From assembly GCA_049116435.1 (NCBI GenBank), contig JAGDYX010000001.1, forward strand, positions 2,584,689 to 2,648,688: a stretch of 64,000 bases of DNA, in the 5' to 3' direction. The first letter of the stretch is position 1, and each line of letters opens with the position of its first letter. The notes under the pieces are model-generated. The model was not told the origin of the DNA and ran no database searches. It saw only the letters and a program-made list of their open reading frames with translations. Of the stretch, positions 48,056 through 59,081 are shown piece after piece. Source of the stretch: Paracoccaceae bacterium (GTDB lineage: Bacteria > Pseudomonadota > Alphaproteobacteria > Rhodobacterales > Rhodobacteraceae). Both the position numbers and the translations under genes were made by a program.

Positions 48056-48094
48056 GCGACCCTCCGCTTGGTCACGGGGCCCACCCGCCATGGG

Positions 48095-49465
48095 TCAGGA
48101 CTGGGTCCGCTTGGCCGCCGTGATGTTCTGTGCGGCAAGCTCCAGCAGTTCCGTGCTGAGTTCGACCGGACGGTCGAGATACCGGCACGCCGCGATGATG
48201 TGGCGGATCAGGAAGCCCGGATGCGCGCCTGACGTGACGTTGTTTTTCGCCTCGTACTCGGTGTCGAAAAACTGCTCGACCACGTCCTGTCGCCATTCCA
48301 GACCGTATTCGGCGCAGGCATCCTTGAAGATATGGATATAGTCCTCGCGCGTCGGGCTGGGGACATGGATCTTGAAGTAGATCCGGCGCAGGGACGCGCC
48401 ATCGCCAAGCTCTTCGGGCATGAGGTTGGAAGAAAACACCACCAGCTGGTCGAAGGACAGGGTGAACTTCTTGCCGGTATGCAGCGACATGATGTCGAAG
48501 CCCTTCTCCAGCGGCACGATCCAGCGGTTGAGAAACTCCTGCGGTTTGGAGACCTGACGGCCGAAATCGTCAAGCACGAAGACCCCGCCCAGAGCCTTGA
48601 GGTGCATCGGGGCCTCGTAAAAGCGCGAGGTCTGGTCGAACTGGAGATCCAGACGGTCGAGGGTCAATTCACCACCCGCAATCACAACCGGCCGTTCGCA
48701 AGGCACCCAGCGTGCATCGATCGGCGGCGCGCCTTCGGGCAGGTCCACGACCTCGTGCAGCGTCTCGTCGAAGAACCGGATGATCTGGTTGCCGACCAGA
48801 ACCGCATGCGGGAAATAGATCGTGTCGTGGAACGACTTGCCCAGCGCCTCGGCAATGGACGTCTTGCCGTTCCCCGGCTCGCCATAAAGCAGGACGGACC
48901 GTCCGGAATTCGCAGCAGGCCCGATCTGCGCCATCATGCCCTTGGGCAGGACCAGATGGGTCATCGACTTCTCGAGCGTGGCGCGGTGGACCTCTTCATT
49001 GTGGATGGACTGCAGCTTCACCTGCCGCTCGAACTCCTGAAGCGTGACCGGAGCCGGCCCCACATATTGCGACAGGAGCATTGCCTCGAGCGCCCAGTTG
49101 CGCCCCGTATCGGTCAGCGAATAGCGAATATCCGATTTGATATCCTCCGCCTCGAGCCCGCGCGATTCAACCAGCATGAGCGCCGTCATCTCCTTGATGA
49201 TCAGACGGACGACGGTTCTTGGCAGCTTGATTTCCTCGGCGATCATCGCCGGCGTCACGGTACCGGACTCGTGCATGATCTTGCAGACAAGGCCGATCAG
49301 AAAGCTCGACGACAGGCCGGTCTCTTCAACTGTCTTCGGCGGCGACGCATAGGTGATCGCTTTCGTAAACTGCTCCTGTGGTCGGTTCATGACAGCTTCC
49401 TCCGATCCTGCTTCTTCGTTCTGTTCGGTTTCTTCGTTTTCTTGGGTCTTAGATTTCCAAAACAT
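48095..49465 (-). CDS. AAA+ ATPase with N-terminal winged-helix-like region, function unknown
   Basis: Walker A LLYGEPGNGKTS, Walker B VFVLDDFGRQ, arginine motif ASLRRIYFKI. Acidic N-terminus. Lies 122 nt downstream of tadC on the same strand. Confidence 0.8.
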   Translation of the reverse strand: MFWKSKTQENEETEQNEEAGSEEAVMNRPQEQFTKAITYASPPKTVEETGLSSSFLIGLVCKIMHESGTVTPAMIAEEIKLPRTVVRLIIKEMTALMLVESRGLEAEDIKSDIRYSLTDTGRNWALEAMLLSQYVGPAPVTLQEFERQVKLQSIHNEEVHRATLEKSMTHLVLPKGMMAQIGPAANSGRSVLLYGEPGNGKTSIAEALGKSFHDTIYFPHAVLVGNQIIRFFDETLHEVVDLPEGAPPIDARWVPCERPVVIAGGELTLDRLDLQFDQTSRFYEAPMHLKALGGVFVLDDFGRQVSKPQEFLNRWIVPLEKGFDIMSLHTGKKFTLSFDQLVVFSSNLMPEELGDGASLRRIYFKIHVPSPTREDYIHIFKDACAEYGLEWRQDVVEQFFDTEYEAKNNVTSGAHPGFLIRHIIAACRYLDRPVELSTELLELAAQNITAAKRTQS

Positions 49466-49587
49466 GTTTCCGACTCCGTCTTGCAGGCCACAGCGGGTGA
49501 AGGTCGGCCCTGAAGGCAGGCGCCGCGCAGAGCGCGCGATCCCGACACCTATGTTGCAGCACGGTTTTGATCGCCTCTCTCCTCAAA

Positions 49588-50511
49588 TCAGCCCGGCGAC
49601 ATCTGCATGAACACAGAGACGATGGTAAACAAAATCGGGATCAAAACGATGATCAGGTTCACCGGGAACATGAAGAAGGCCATCGGGAAAAGCATCTTAA
49701 CGGGCAAGGAATTGGCCTTCTCTTCGGCCCGGACGATCCGCAATGTCCGCATCTCCTTACTGTAGACGCGCAAGGTCTTGCTGATGCTCGCCCCCAGTTC
49801 CTCGGACTGTTTGAACAGCACCGCGAGCGTGTTCGCCTCTTCCACATTCACACGTTTCGAGAAGTTGTGCAGGGCTTCGTGCAGCGGGCGACCGGCCCGG
49901 ACCTCCAAGTTGATGATGGACAGTTGCATGCCGAAATCAGGCGTGGTCATGAGAAATTCGCGGGTCACACGATCGATGGCGGCACTGACGCTCAGACCCG
50001 CATCAACGCATACAAGCAAGAGATCCATGAAGTCCGGAAAGAGCTTGCGAAACTCACGGGTCCGCTTTTTACCAATCCGTTCCAACACAATAGCACTCAG
50101 AACGAAGGCCAAGCCCCCAACAATACCACCGACCAGAAGTGCGACGGCATTGGATACACTCGGGGCAAAATAGGTTATCGCGAAAAAAACCAGCACGAAT
50201 ACCCCTGCGGCGACAGATAAACGAATAAGGTTGAACTTTGCATAGGCGGACCGTGAGAAATAGCCGGCCTGCACCAGCCGCATGCGCAGGGAGTTCTCGG
50301 ACTCGTTCTGGACAACATCCAGGTAGTAACGCAGTTGCTCGTTATCGGATCCGAGAATCTCGTTGATCTTGTCAGTGGTCTCGTTACGCCGGCGCCGCAC
50401 GCCACGCACGTTCAGCGCAAGTTCCCGGCGGTAGAGGACGTAGCGAATGATGCTGAACGACACCAACAACGTCGCTCCGAAAATCGCCAGCAATACCTGA
50501 AATTCTGTCAA
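49588..50511 (-). CDS. tadC: Flp pilus assembly platform protein TadC (T2SS F-domain)
   Basis: 307 aa, T2SSF-type membrane protein, second of the tadB/tadC pair. Confidence 0.85.
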   Translation of the reverse strand: MTEFQVLLAIFGATLLVSFSIIRYVLYRRELALNVRGVRRRRNETTDKINEILGSDNEQLRYYLDVVQNESENSLRMRLVQAGYFSRSAYAKFNLIRLSVAAGVFVLVFFAITYFAPSVSNAVALLVGGIVGGLAFVLSAIVLERIGKKRTREFRKLFPDFMDLLLVCVDAGLSVSAAIDRVTREFLMTTPDFGMQLSIINLEVRAGRPLHEALHNFSKRVNVEEANTLAVLFKQSEELGASISKTLRVYSKEMRTLRIVRAEEKANSLPVKMLFPMAFFMFPVNLIIVLIPILFTIVSVFMQMSPG

Positions 50512-50541
50512 TTCCTAATTCCTTCACCCATATCTGACCGC

Positions 50542-51504
50542 TCAGAAATCAAAGTTGACCAACCGGTTTATCACCACGGCCCCCAAGAAGATCCCGATGA
50601 GGCAACCAACGACGAGGTATCCGCCATAGCCGCTCTCCCAGACGAGGTCGTAGTAATCCGGGACAAGAAACTTGATCATGTAGAAAAGCCCGAAAGGGAA
50701 AACGACCATGATCTTGCCCGTCATGCGTCCCTCCGACGAGATGGCACGGATCTTGGCCCTGAGCATCAGCCGGTCGCGGATCATCTGGGCGAGGTTCTCG
50801 AGGATCTCCGCCAAATTACCACCGGTGCCCTGCTGAACACTGACGCTGACCGCAACCAGATTGATCTCCGGTGCGCCGACCCTGTCTGCCATGTTGAGCA
50901 TCGCCTGTTCGAGTTCGGATCCGAAGGTCATCTGATCGCTCAGGATCCCGAACTCGGATCCGATCGGGTCCGGCATTTCCCGCGCGACAAGCGAGATCGC
51001 GGTTCCCAAAGGGTGCCCCGCATTCAGGCTGCGCACGATGATATCGATCGCATCGGGGAGTTGGGCGGTATATTTCTTGATCCGGCGCTGCCGGGCGAAA
51101 ATCAGCAGGAGAATGACGATTGCAATCGTCATGATTGCCGGGACCACGTATTGCATGATGCTGCCCAGGCCCAGGAACAGGAATGCGATCACCCAACTGA
51201 CGAGGTAGATGGCGACCACGTACTGGATCCGTGCAAGGGCCGACATCTCGAGGCCGGTCTGGCCAATGAACTTGTTGATCCGGCTGCCGACCGACTGCAT
51301 GCCGTCGCGTCCGGCGAGGCCGCGGTTCTTCAGCAGCTGGCCGAACGCCTCGTCGACGCCCTTCCGTTGCTTCAGGCGCTCCAGCCGGTTGCTGACATCC
51401 TCGCTCTTGCGACGGATGGCGAAGATCGTGCGCAGCGTCGTATCCACCAAAAGCAGGGCCGCTGCAAAAATCAACGCGTAGAAAATGATCGGGTTGTTGA
51501 ACAT
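50542..51504 (-). CDS. tadB: Flp pilus assembly platform protein TadB (T2SS F-domain)
   Basis: 320 aa, T2SSF-type membrane protein directly after cpaF. Confidence 0.85.
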   Translation of the reverse strand: MFNNPIIFYALIFAAALLLVDTTLRTIFAIRRKSEDVSNRLERLKQRKGVDEAFGQLLKNRGLAGRDGMQSVGSRINKFIGQTGLEMSALARIQYVVAIYLVSWVIAFLFLGLGSIMQYVVPAIMTIAIVILLLIFARQRRIKKYTAQLPDAIDIIVRSLNAGHPLGTAISLVAREMPDPIGSEFGILSDQMTFGSELEQAMLNMADRVGAPEINLVAVSVSVQQGTGGNLAEILENLAQMIRDRLMLRAKIRAISSEGRMTGKIMVVFPFGLFYMIKFLVPDYYDLVWESGYGGYLVVGCLIGIFLGAVVINRLVNFDF

Positions 51505-51507
51505 CTG

Positions 51508-52902
<1,395 letters not shown>

Positions 52903-52921
52903 ATCTCTTCCTTCCCTTCGC

Positions 52922-53497
52922 CTAGTAAACGATGACCTTTGTGCCATTGGGCACCGCTTTGAACAGCGCCATCACATCGGCATTCGTCATCCGGAAACAC
53001 CCGGACGTCTCAAAGCCACCGATCGTCTCTAATTGATTGGTTCCGTGAATCCGGTACAGCGTGTCACGCTTGCCGGAGAACAGGTAAAGCGCCCGCGCCC
53101 CGAGCGGATTATACGGCCCGGGCGGGACGTATTCCGGCAGCGATGGATCACGCGCACGCATCGAGGCCGGCGGACGCCAAGCCGGCCATTCCGCCTTGCG
53201 CCCGACATAGGTCGTTCCGGTCCACAGGAACCCGTCGCGCCCGACCGAAATCTGGTAAAGCTCGGCCTTCCCGCCCCCCAGAACGCGGTGCAAGGTCCGC
53301 TCGGCATTCGAAATGATGATCGTTCCCGGCTTTTCCCTGGTCTTGAGCGGGACAATCTGCATCGTCCTCTGGCCATGGGTCCGCGGCACTTTCTTGACCT
53401 CGGCGAACGCCGCGGCAGGCGCGCAGGAAACACCGGCAAGAAGGCCGATCATCCGCCGCCGTGACAGAAGCGGAGCCCTATCAGGTCTGGTGCTCAC
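52922..53497 (-). CDS. L,D-transpeptidase (YkuD domain) with Tat-like signal
   Basis: SRRRMIGLLAG signal. Catalytic region YRIHGTN...SGCFRM. ATGA overlap with the cpaE stop. Confidence 0.85.
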   Translation of the reverse strand: MSTRPDRAPLLSRRRMIGLLAGVSCAPAAAFAEVKKVPRTHGQRTMQIVPLKTREKPGTIIISNAERTLHRVLGGGKAELYQISVGRDGFLWTGTTYVGRKAEWPAWRPPASMRARDPSLPEYVPPGPYNPLGARALYLFSGKRDTLYRIHGTNQLETIGGFETSGCFRMTNADVMALFKAVPNGTKVIVY

Positions 53498-54639
53498 GCC
53501 GCCTCCTCGTTCAGTTCGATGGACTGGAGATACTTGGACAGACGCTTGTCGATCGCATTCCGCTTCTTCACGTCGCTCAGAAGCATACCGCGGTCCAGCG
53601 CCTCTCCCACCAGATCCGCATCATAGGGCAGGTAGGAGAACTCCGTCTCGCCGAAGAGCTCGCGCAACTTGCGCGTGCCAAGACGCTGGCCGAAAAGGCT
53701 GGTCGCGCGTTTGTTGATGATGACACGAACCGGGAAATCCTCGCCCCGCAATTTCTTTACCCGGTCGATCACATCGATCGCGTGTTTGATGGCGGGCAGG
53801 TTGAGCTCGGTGACAACCGTGCAGGTGTTCACGCCGGTCAGGACATCGTCCTTCCACTCGGCCTCGTAATAGGGGATGTCGAGGAACACGTGATCGTGCT
53901 CCATGTTCACCGCATCCAGCATCCGCAGAACCAGCTCATAGCCGTTCAGTTCGGTGTTCAGCTCGGGATGTTTGAACGAATAGACGTAAAAGCCCCTTTC
54001 GTGCCGTTTCTGGATTGCGCGAACGAATTCGGAGTCCACACGTTGCGGCGCCGACGCCACCGATCCGAGCTGGAACTCGTTGACCATATTAAGGACCAGA
54101 CCGCAGTTGCCGGTCGAAAAGTCGAGGTCGAACAGGGCGACACTGGGCTTTTTCTTCCGCATGATCGTGTTGAGCGCCATATCGGCCATCGCGATGGCCG
54201 TGGTCGTGGCCCCCGCCCCGCCGACGGCGGAAATGACGGCATGGACGCGGTTGTTGCTGATCTTGCTGGTGCGCACCGCCGACTGGATCGTGCGCTTCAG
54301 CTCGTCGCCGTCGATCGGCTTTTTCTGCCAGTCATGGATGTTGAATTTCAGCAGACGGCGCATCTGCTCGGCGCCGACCTCTTCGGTCAGCACGATCAGA
54401 GGGATCTCGGGATGTTGCGCCCGCACCGATGTAAGGATCTGGATCTCATCGGCCTCAAGCACCTTGAGATCCACGATGATCAGATCGGCATGGTGTTCGC
54501 CAAGCCGCTCGTGCACGTCGGAGGCCGAGAAACGGTTCAGAACGAACCGGTTCGAATTCTCGATATGCTGCGCGACATCCGCGGGATCGGTTTGATCCGC
54601 GTTGATCAGGATGATGTCGACGTTGGGGGAATTTGCCAT
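53494..54639 (-). CDS. cpaE: pilus assembly protein CpaE/TadZ (receiver-like domain plus ParA/MinD-like ATPase)
   Basis: N-terminal atypical receiver region, then AVGGAGATTTAIAMA (deviant Walker A). Confidence 0.85.
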   Translation of the reverse strand: MANSPNVDIILINADQTDPADVAQHIENSNRFVLNRFSASDVHERLGEHHADLIIVDLKVLEADEIQILTSVRAQHPEIPLIVLTEEVGAEQMRRLLKFNIHDWQKKPIDGDELKRTIQSAVRTSKISNNRVHAVISAVGGAGATTTAIAMADMALNTIMRKKKPSVALFDLDFSTGNCGLVLNMVNEFQLGSVASAPQRVDSEFVRAIQKRHERGFYVYSFKHPELNTELNGYELVLRMLDAVNMEHDHVFLDIPYYEAEWKDDVLTGVNTCTVVTELNLPAIKHAIDVIDRVKKLRGEDFPVRVIINKRATSLFGQRLGTRKLRELFGETEFSYLPYDADLVGEALDRGMLLSDVKKRNAIDKRLSKYLQSIELNEEAA

Positions 54640-54659
54640 ACTAACTAACTCGTCTCAAA

Positions 54660-55292
54660 TCACGGGCAGGCATCCCGGCAGTCGTTCACATCTTCGCTTG
54701 TGAAACTGACGGGGTGTGCTGGAATGTTAAAGGAAGAAACTCCGGGGACAAGCGCATCAAGGAGCAGGAAATCAAAGGTGATATCGCGCAATTCCACGGT
54801 AATATTGGTCACCGGCCCGAACGGCCGGCCGACATAGCCTAAGCCGGATCTGTTGTAACTGATCCGGACGTTTTCGGCGCCAATGAACGGCGCCACGTCA
54901 CACATGCCGATGATGGAACCGGCACCACCCGGAGATGCGCAGGCGCCATCGCTGCCGGTCAGAAGCCGGTTCAGACGTACGGCATCACAAGGAGCCGCAT
55001 CGGCCCCGCAGGTGACGACAAGGTTCGTTCCGGGTGTCGGATCACCGGCATCAATACCAGCCAGATCATCGGTCAGCGCCTGATAGGCCGTATCGCCGAC
55101 GATGGGCGACGAAACCGCGGCAATACGCGAGCCGATCTGGACGGCTTTCACACTCTGGTTCCACTGGAAGACGGCAAAGCCCGCCTCGACCATCGCGGTT
55201 ATGACAAGCAGCACGATGGGAAGCACCAGCAGCGCCTCGGTCAGGGAGAGACCGCTCTCATCTCGTTTGAATAGGGAGAACATCGCCATCAC
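54660..55292 (-). CDS. TadE/TadF-like pseudopilin
   Basis: N-terminus KRDESG-LSLTEALLVLPIVLLV (G/xxxxE prepilin-like motif). Confidence 0.75.
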   Translation of the reverse strand: MMAMFSLFKRDESGLSLTEALLVLPIVLLVITAMVEAGFAVFQWNQSVKAVQIGSRIAAVSSPIVGDTAYQALTDDLAGIDAGDPTPGTNLVVTCGADAAPCDAVRLNRLLTGSDGACASPGGAGSIIGMCDVAPFIGAENVRISYNRSGLGYVGRPFGPVTNITVELRDITFDFLLLDALVPGVSSFNIPAHPVSFTSEDVNDCRDACP

Positions 55293-55744
55293 GTACCAAG
55301 ATACCGCATTGTCGTGTAGGTGCCGATGGTCACGGACGAGCCGAGCAGGAACCCGAAAAAGGGCGAGCCTTCATAGGTCATCGTGCCGCTCACCGTGACA
55401 ATATCCGCTGGAGTGGGAGAGGTCGGCGGTGTCGCCGGCGTGATGGTGAGCCCGGACGCTTCGTCCCAGCCTGGGATCCGCACACCACCGGTGCCTGCCG
55501 GATTGCCGTAAAAGGCGATATTGCGCGCCTTGGCCTGGCTGCAGGAATGAAAGGTCGGCTGGCAACGGCTCCAGTAGCGGGCGGCATCACGAATGCCGAC
55601 CTGAAGCTGCTGGCGTTGCCACATCATATTACCGAACTCGAGAATTCCGAACGTAAGCAGGGTCAGCACCGGCAGTGCCAACAAGGCCTCAATCAGCACC
55701 ACCCCCTCTTGTTCCTTCGCAATCTTCCTCACAACCTGGGTCAC
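55289..55744 (-). CDS. TadE-like pseudopilin
   Basis: N-terminus KEQEG-VVLIEALLALPVLTLL, followed by FGILEFG. Confidence 0.78.
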   Translation of the reverse strand: MTQVVRKIAKEQEGVVLIEALLALPVLTLLTFGILEFGNMMWQRQQLQVGIRDAARYWSRCQPTFHSCSQAKARNIAFYGNPAGTGGVRIPGWDEASGLTITPATPPTSPTPADIVTVSGTMTYEGSPFFGFLLGSSVTIGTYTTMRYLGT

Positions 55745-55853
55745 CCTGAATATTGCCTTTTGATCCGTTGGTGCTCGATGTTCCTCCGGTGTTTTTCCGG
55801 TGCATGAGGCGGCGCAGCAAGAGCCGCTGCCTCGAAATACCGCTACCCCCCGG

Positions 55854-56060
55854 TTATCCTCCGGGTTTGATCTCGGTATTGTTCACATTCTCCGGCCAGG
55901 CCGTCACTTCCTGAATGGCCGTGTTCGCTTCATGCGCGTTGCCGCTCCGGGCAGTAATCGTATCCCGGTTGTTGAGATAATCCGCCGTACAGGCCGATGT
56001 CAGGAGTACGGGCGCGACAAGAAGCGCGGCGACGGTTTTACTTTTTGTTGATGACGGCAT
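55854..56060 (-). CDS. small lipoprotein downstream of the secretin (CpaD position)
   Basis: MPSSTKSKTVAALLVAPVLLTSAC lipobox, 68 aa. Overlaps the cpaC end by 23 nt. Confidence 0.55.
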   Translation of the reverse strand: MPSSTKSKTVAALLVAPVLLTSACTADYLNNRDTITARSGNAHEANTAIQEVTAWPENVNNTEIKPGG

Positions 56061-57462
56061 CGTCAAACTCCAAATCAATCATGTGACCGTAGGGACCAAC
56101 AACGCCTTCTCCCTCACGGAACTGGCGGAGAAGATCTTTGTCCACCTCGAGCATACCCAACAGGAACAGCTCGACATCATTAGAAGATCTCGACGTATCC
56201 AGCGGCGATACGAGCGGCTCATTTGGTGTCGTCGGGCGGACAAGCCGCGGTGTCACAAGGATCACCAGATCCGATTCCCGTTTCTGGAAGTCGGTCGAGC
56301 GGAACAGGGTTCCCAGAACTGGCACCTGACCCAGCCACGGAACCTGGTTGATGCTGCGCGCATTGTTCGCCTGCAGGAGGCCTGCAATGGCGAAGCTCTG
56401 TCCGCTGCGCAGCGAGACGGTGGTCTCGGCTTTGCGGGTAATGAAGCCCGGGTTGCCGTTCACGTCGATGGATTCATCAATATCGCTGACCTCGGGCAGA
56501 ATCCGAAGCCGAACAAGCTCGTCATCCAGCACGGTCGGCGTGAAGTTCAGCCGAACACCAAATTCGCGGTAGGTCGTGCTTTGCGTCACGCTCCCGTCAT
56601 CGTCACGCGACGACGTATTGATCGGAACCTCACCACCGACAACAAAGTTGGCCTCTGTGCCGCTTGTTGTCGTCAGTTTCGGATTTGCAAGACGTCTGGC
56701 AAGACCGCGCGCTTCAAGTGCATTGATCGTGAAATCGATCCGCGTGCCCGCAAGCGTCAGCAACTCACCCACGACCCGGCCGAAGGGCTGGCCATCGCCG
56801 ATGCTGGATTGAGAGGACTCAAACCGCGTCTCGCCGTTTCGAGTTCCCTCGAGATCAATCCCGAGCTCACGTCCGGAGTTGCGGTTCACCTCGATGATGC
56901 GAACGTCCAGTTCCACCTGCTGCGGCGTCTTGACCCGAAGCGAGTTGATGACCGGTTCGCTGGTGTATTGCTGCGAAATCCGTAGGACACGGTTGAGATC
57001 GACGCTGTCTTTAACCTCACCCGAGAGCCGGATCCGGTTGTTCACGTTGGTGACAACGACCTGACCGCTGGGAACCGCCGATGCGATGGCGGCGCGAAGA
57101 TCGGAGTAGTCTGCACGGATCTTGACGTCGATCACCTCAAGCAGACGTTTCTCGGGCGAATAGAGCGTCACGTTCGTTCTGCCGAAGCCCTTCGACTGAA
57201 GATAAAGCGACGTATCTGTCAGCGGGAAAACATCAAGGATATTGGTGTTGCCGATCAGAATGTCCGAAAACGGCTGATCTGTTTCCACTGTCATGGTGAA
57301 GCCTGCATCAAGCTCCAGCCGGCTCGGCACCCCATCATCAAGCTCGATGGTGCGCGTTTGACCTGTCGCCATACCAGCAGTGAAAACAGCTGCGACGAAT
57401 GCCAACGCCTTCAGCGATCCCAAAACTGCCCCCGACGGTCTTTTTTCCAAAGTTCCTGTCAT
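56038..57462 (-). CDS. cpaC: Tad pilus secretin CpaC/RcpA
   Basis: BON-like N-terminal domain and C-terminal secretin domain (VPWLGQVPVLGTLFRS...LVILVTPRLV). Confidence 0.92.
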   Translation of the reverse strand: MTGTLEKRPSGAVLGSLKALAFVAAVFTAGMATGQTRTIELDDGVPSRLELDAGFTMTVETDQPFSDILIGNTNILDVFPLTDTSLYLQSKGFGRTNVTLYSPEKRLLEVIDVKIRADYSDLRAAIASAVPSGQVVVTNVNNRIRLSGEVKDSVDLNRVLRISQQYTSEPVINSLRVKTPQQVELDVRIIEVNRNSGRELGIDLEGTRNGETRFESSQSSIGDGQPFGRVVGELLTLAGTRIDFTINALEARGLARRLANPKLTTTSGTEANFVVGGEVPINTSSRDDDGSVTQSTTYREFGVRLNFTPTVLDDELVRLRILPEVSDIDESIDVNGNPGFITRKAETTVSLRSGQSFAIAGLLQANNARSINQVPWLGQVPVLGTLFRSTDFQKRESDLVILVTPRLVRPTTPNEPLVSPLDTSRSSNDVELFLLGMLEVDKDLLRQFREGEGVVGPYGHMIDLEFDDAVINKK

Positions 57463-57528
57463 GTTCCGTACCCGAAAATTTATTACGTTTCTCCGCCTCG
57501 TCTCCGGTTCGGTTTCCCGTCCGGTATA

Positions 57529-58626
57529 TTATTCACTCGACGCGGCTGCCTCAGTCTCCGTTGCTTCCAGATTGGCGACCTCGGAACCTTCTTCCGAAAG
57601 CTCGCCCTGTTCCACCTTGTACTCGTCGCGTCGACCGTTCCGAATGACACCGACCGTCCGCTTGGTGCTGATGACGGGCTTCGGTGCCTCGATAACTTTC
57701 TCGACGACCACCTCTTTTTCGACGATCACGGGCTCATTTGCACCAATCTTTTCCTCGACGCCCTGAATCTGTTGCGAAACTCCCTCAGAGAGATTCTTCA
57801 GCATTTCCTCGAGGTTGGCGATCCGATCCGGAGCCTCGACGGCCTCTTCGACAGTCGGGACCAGGTCCTCGGCAACGTCCAACTCGTTCAAATCATTGAG
57901 AGTAACCCGCTCGATATCCTCAAAACCGGTCGACGTGACATTGCGCAGCGCCAGCGAAAGCGTGCCCACATTGCCCCCCAGAACCAGCTTCTGAGCTTCG
58001 ATGGTGTTTACCTCGAAAGTCACGGTCCGCACGACGCTCGGCTTGTCCTTGCGGTCATCCGCGATCTGGTCGATCGCCAGAACCTTCACACCCTGCAACA
58101 GGACGTCGACATAGGAGTTGCCACTCCGTCCGCGCGTCAAAAGCACGTCGACACGATCCCCCGGGAGGACAAAACCCGCCACACCCAGCACATCGTTCAC
58201 GCGGATCGAAATTGCCTTCATCCCCGGGGTCAACGCCGTGGAGAGCTTGGCGATCTGGCCGGGATCCGTTATCTTCGTAGTCAGGATCGGCTCGCCGGAC
58301 TCGATGGTGGTCAAGGCGTAACGGGCCAGATCTTCACTGTCGCCCATGACGACATCTTCAATCTTCTGGAAGGAGCCATCGGGAATAATTTCACTCGACC
58401 ACTCGATCTCGCGCAGGACCAAGCCATCGATCCGCTCGCCGAATTCGATCAGCTCGTTGGCGACAACCAGTGTCCGCTTCGGCTCCGTGTCCTCAGACTG
58501 TGTCTGGTTGCGGAGAGCTTCCGTGATCTGCGCACGCTCGAGATTCAGCCAGTTCTGTGCGCCATAGACAGCCACACCAGCCAAAATCATCGCGATCAAA
58601 AAACTTAACAACGTGCTGAAGCGCAT
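57529..58626 (-). CDS. cpaB: Flp pilus assembly protein CpaB/RcpC with acidic C-terminal extension
   Basis: N-terminal TM segment, SAF-like and RcpC-like regions (VLTTKITDPG...GDRVDVLLT...VKVLAIDQ), then ~110 extra residues. Confidence 0.85.
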   Translation of the reverse strand: MRFSTLLSFLIAMILAGVAVYGAQNWLNLERAQITEALRNQTQSEDTEPKRTLVVANELIEFGERIDGLVLREIEWSSEIIPDGSFQKIEDVVMGDSEDLARYALTTIESGEPILTTKITDPGQIAKLSTALTPGMKAISIRVNDVLGVAGFVLPGDRVDVLLTRGRSGNSYVDVLLQGVKVLAIDQIADDRKDKPSVVRTVTFEVNTIEAQKLVLGGNVGTLSLALRNVTSTGFEDIERVTLNDLNELDVAEDLVPTVEEAVEAPDRIANLEEMLKNLSEGVSQQIQGVEEKIGANEPVIVEKEVVVEKVIEAPKPVISTKRTVGVIRNGRRDEYKVEQGELSEEGSEVANLEATETEAAASSE

Positions 58627-58823
58627 TTGCCTCTCCTAAACTTCCCGGCACTGCCCGCCAAAAAATTCCATCTCGATTAGCGATTTTTGAACAAGGCCCT
58701 GCCGAAACCCACAATTCCCGAAGACAATCTTTTCAAGTGTCTCCTGCTTAGAGCTCTGTGCCTACTGTTTTCTGCCTGATGTCGATGGCCTTTTAGGCCC
58801 TTTTGTCTTTTTTGCCACAAAGT

Positions 58824-58851
58824 GCACCGCGTGAGGATCCCCACGCGGTGC
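58824..58851 (-). terminator. 10-bp stem-loop 11 nt downstream of flp (attenuator or mRNA stabiliser candidate)
   Basis: GCACCGCGTG-aggatccc-CACGCGGTGC. The U-tract is poor on the minus strand, and the T-run lies on the plus-strand side. Confidence 0.4.
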
Positions 58852-58862
58852 TCTTGTTTTTA

Positions 58863-59081
58863 TCAGCTGATATCAGCAGGGGCGTTGAGGTTGGTCGAAA
58901 TCCAAGTCGCCCACTCGTTCCACACTGACGCCAGCTGCTCGCCGAAGAAGATGACCGCGAGGATCACGGCAGCTGCAAGCAGACCCAGCAGGATCAGATA
59001 TTCGGTCAGCGCGATGCCGTCCTCGTCTTTTTGAAAACGGGCCACGAGACCCTTCGCATTGATTACCAGATAGTCGAGCAT
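58863..59081 (-). CDS. flp: Flp family type IVb pilin
   Basis: 72 aa. AGGAG RBS. Leader ...FQKDEDG followed by IALTEYLILLGLLAAAVILAVIF (Flp G/xxxxEY motif). Confidence 0.88.
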   Translation of the reverse strand: MLDYLVINAKGLVARFQKDEDGIALTEYLILLGLLAAAVILAVIFFGEQLASVWNEWATWISTNLNAPADIS

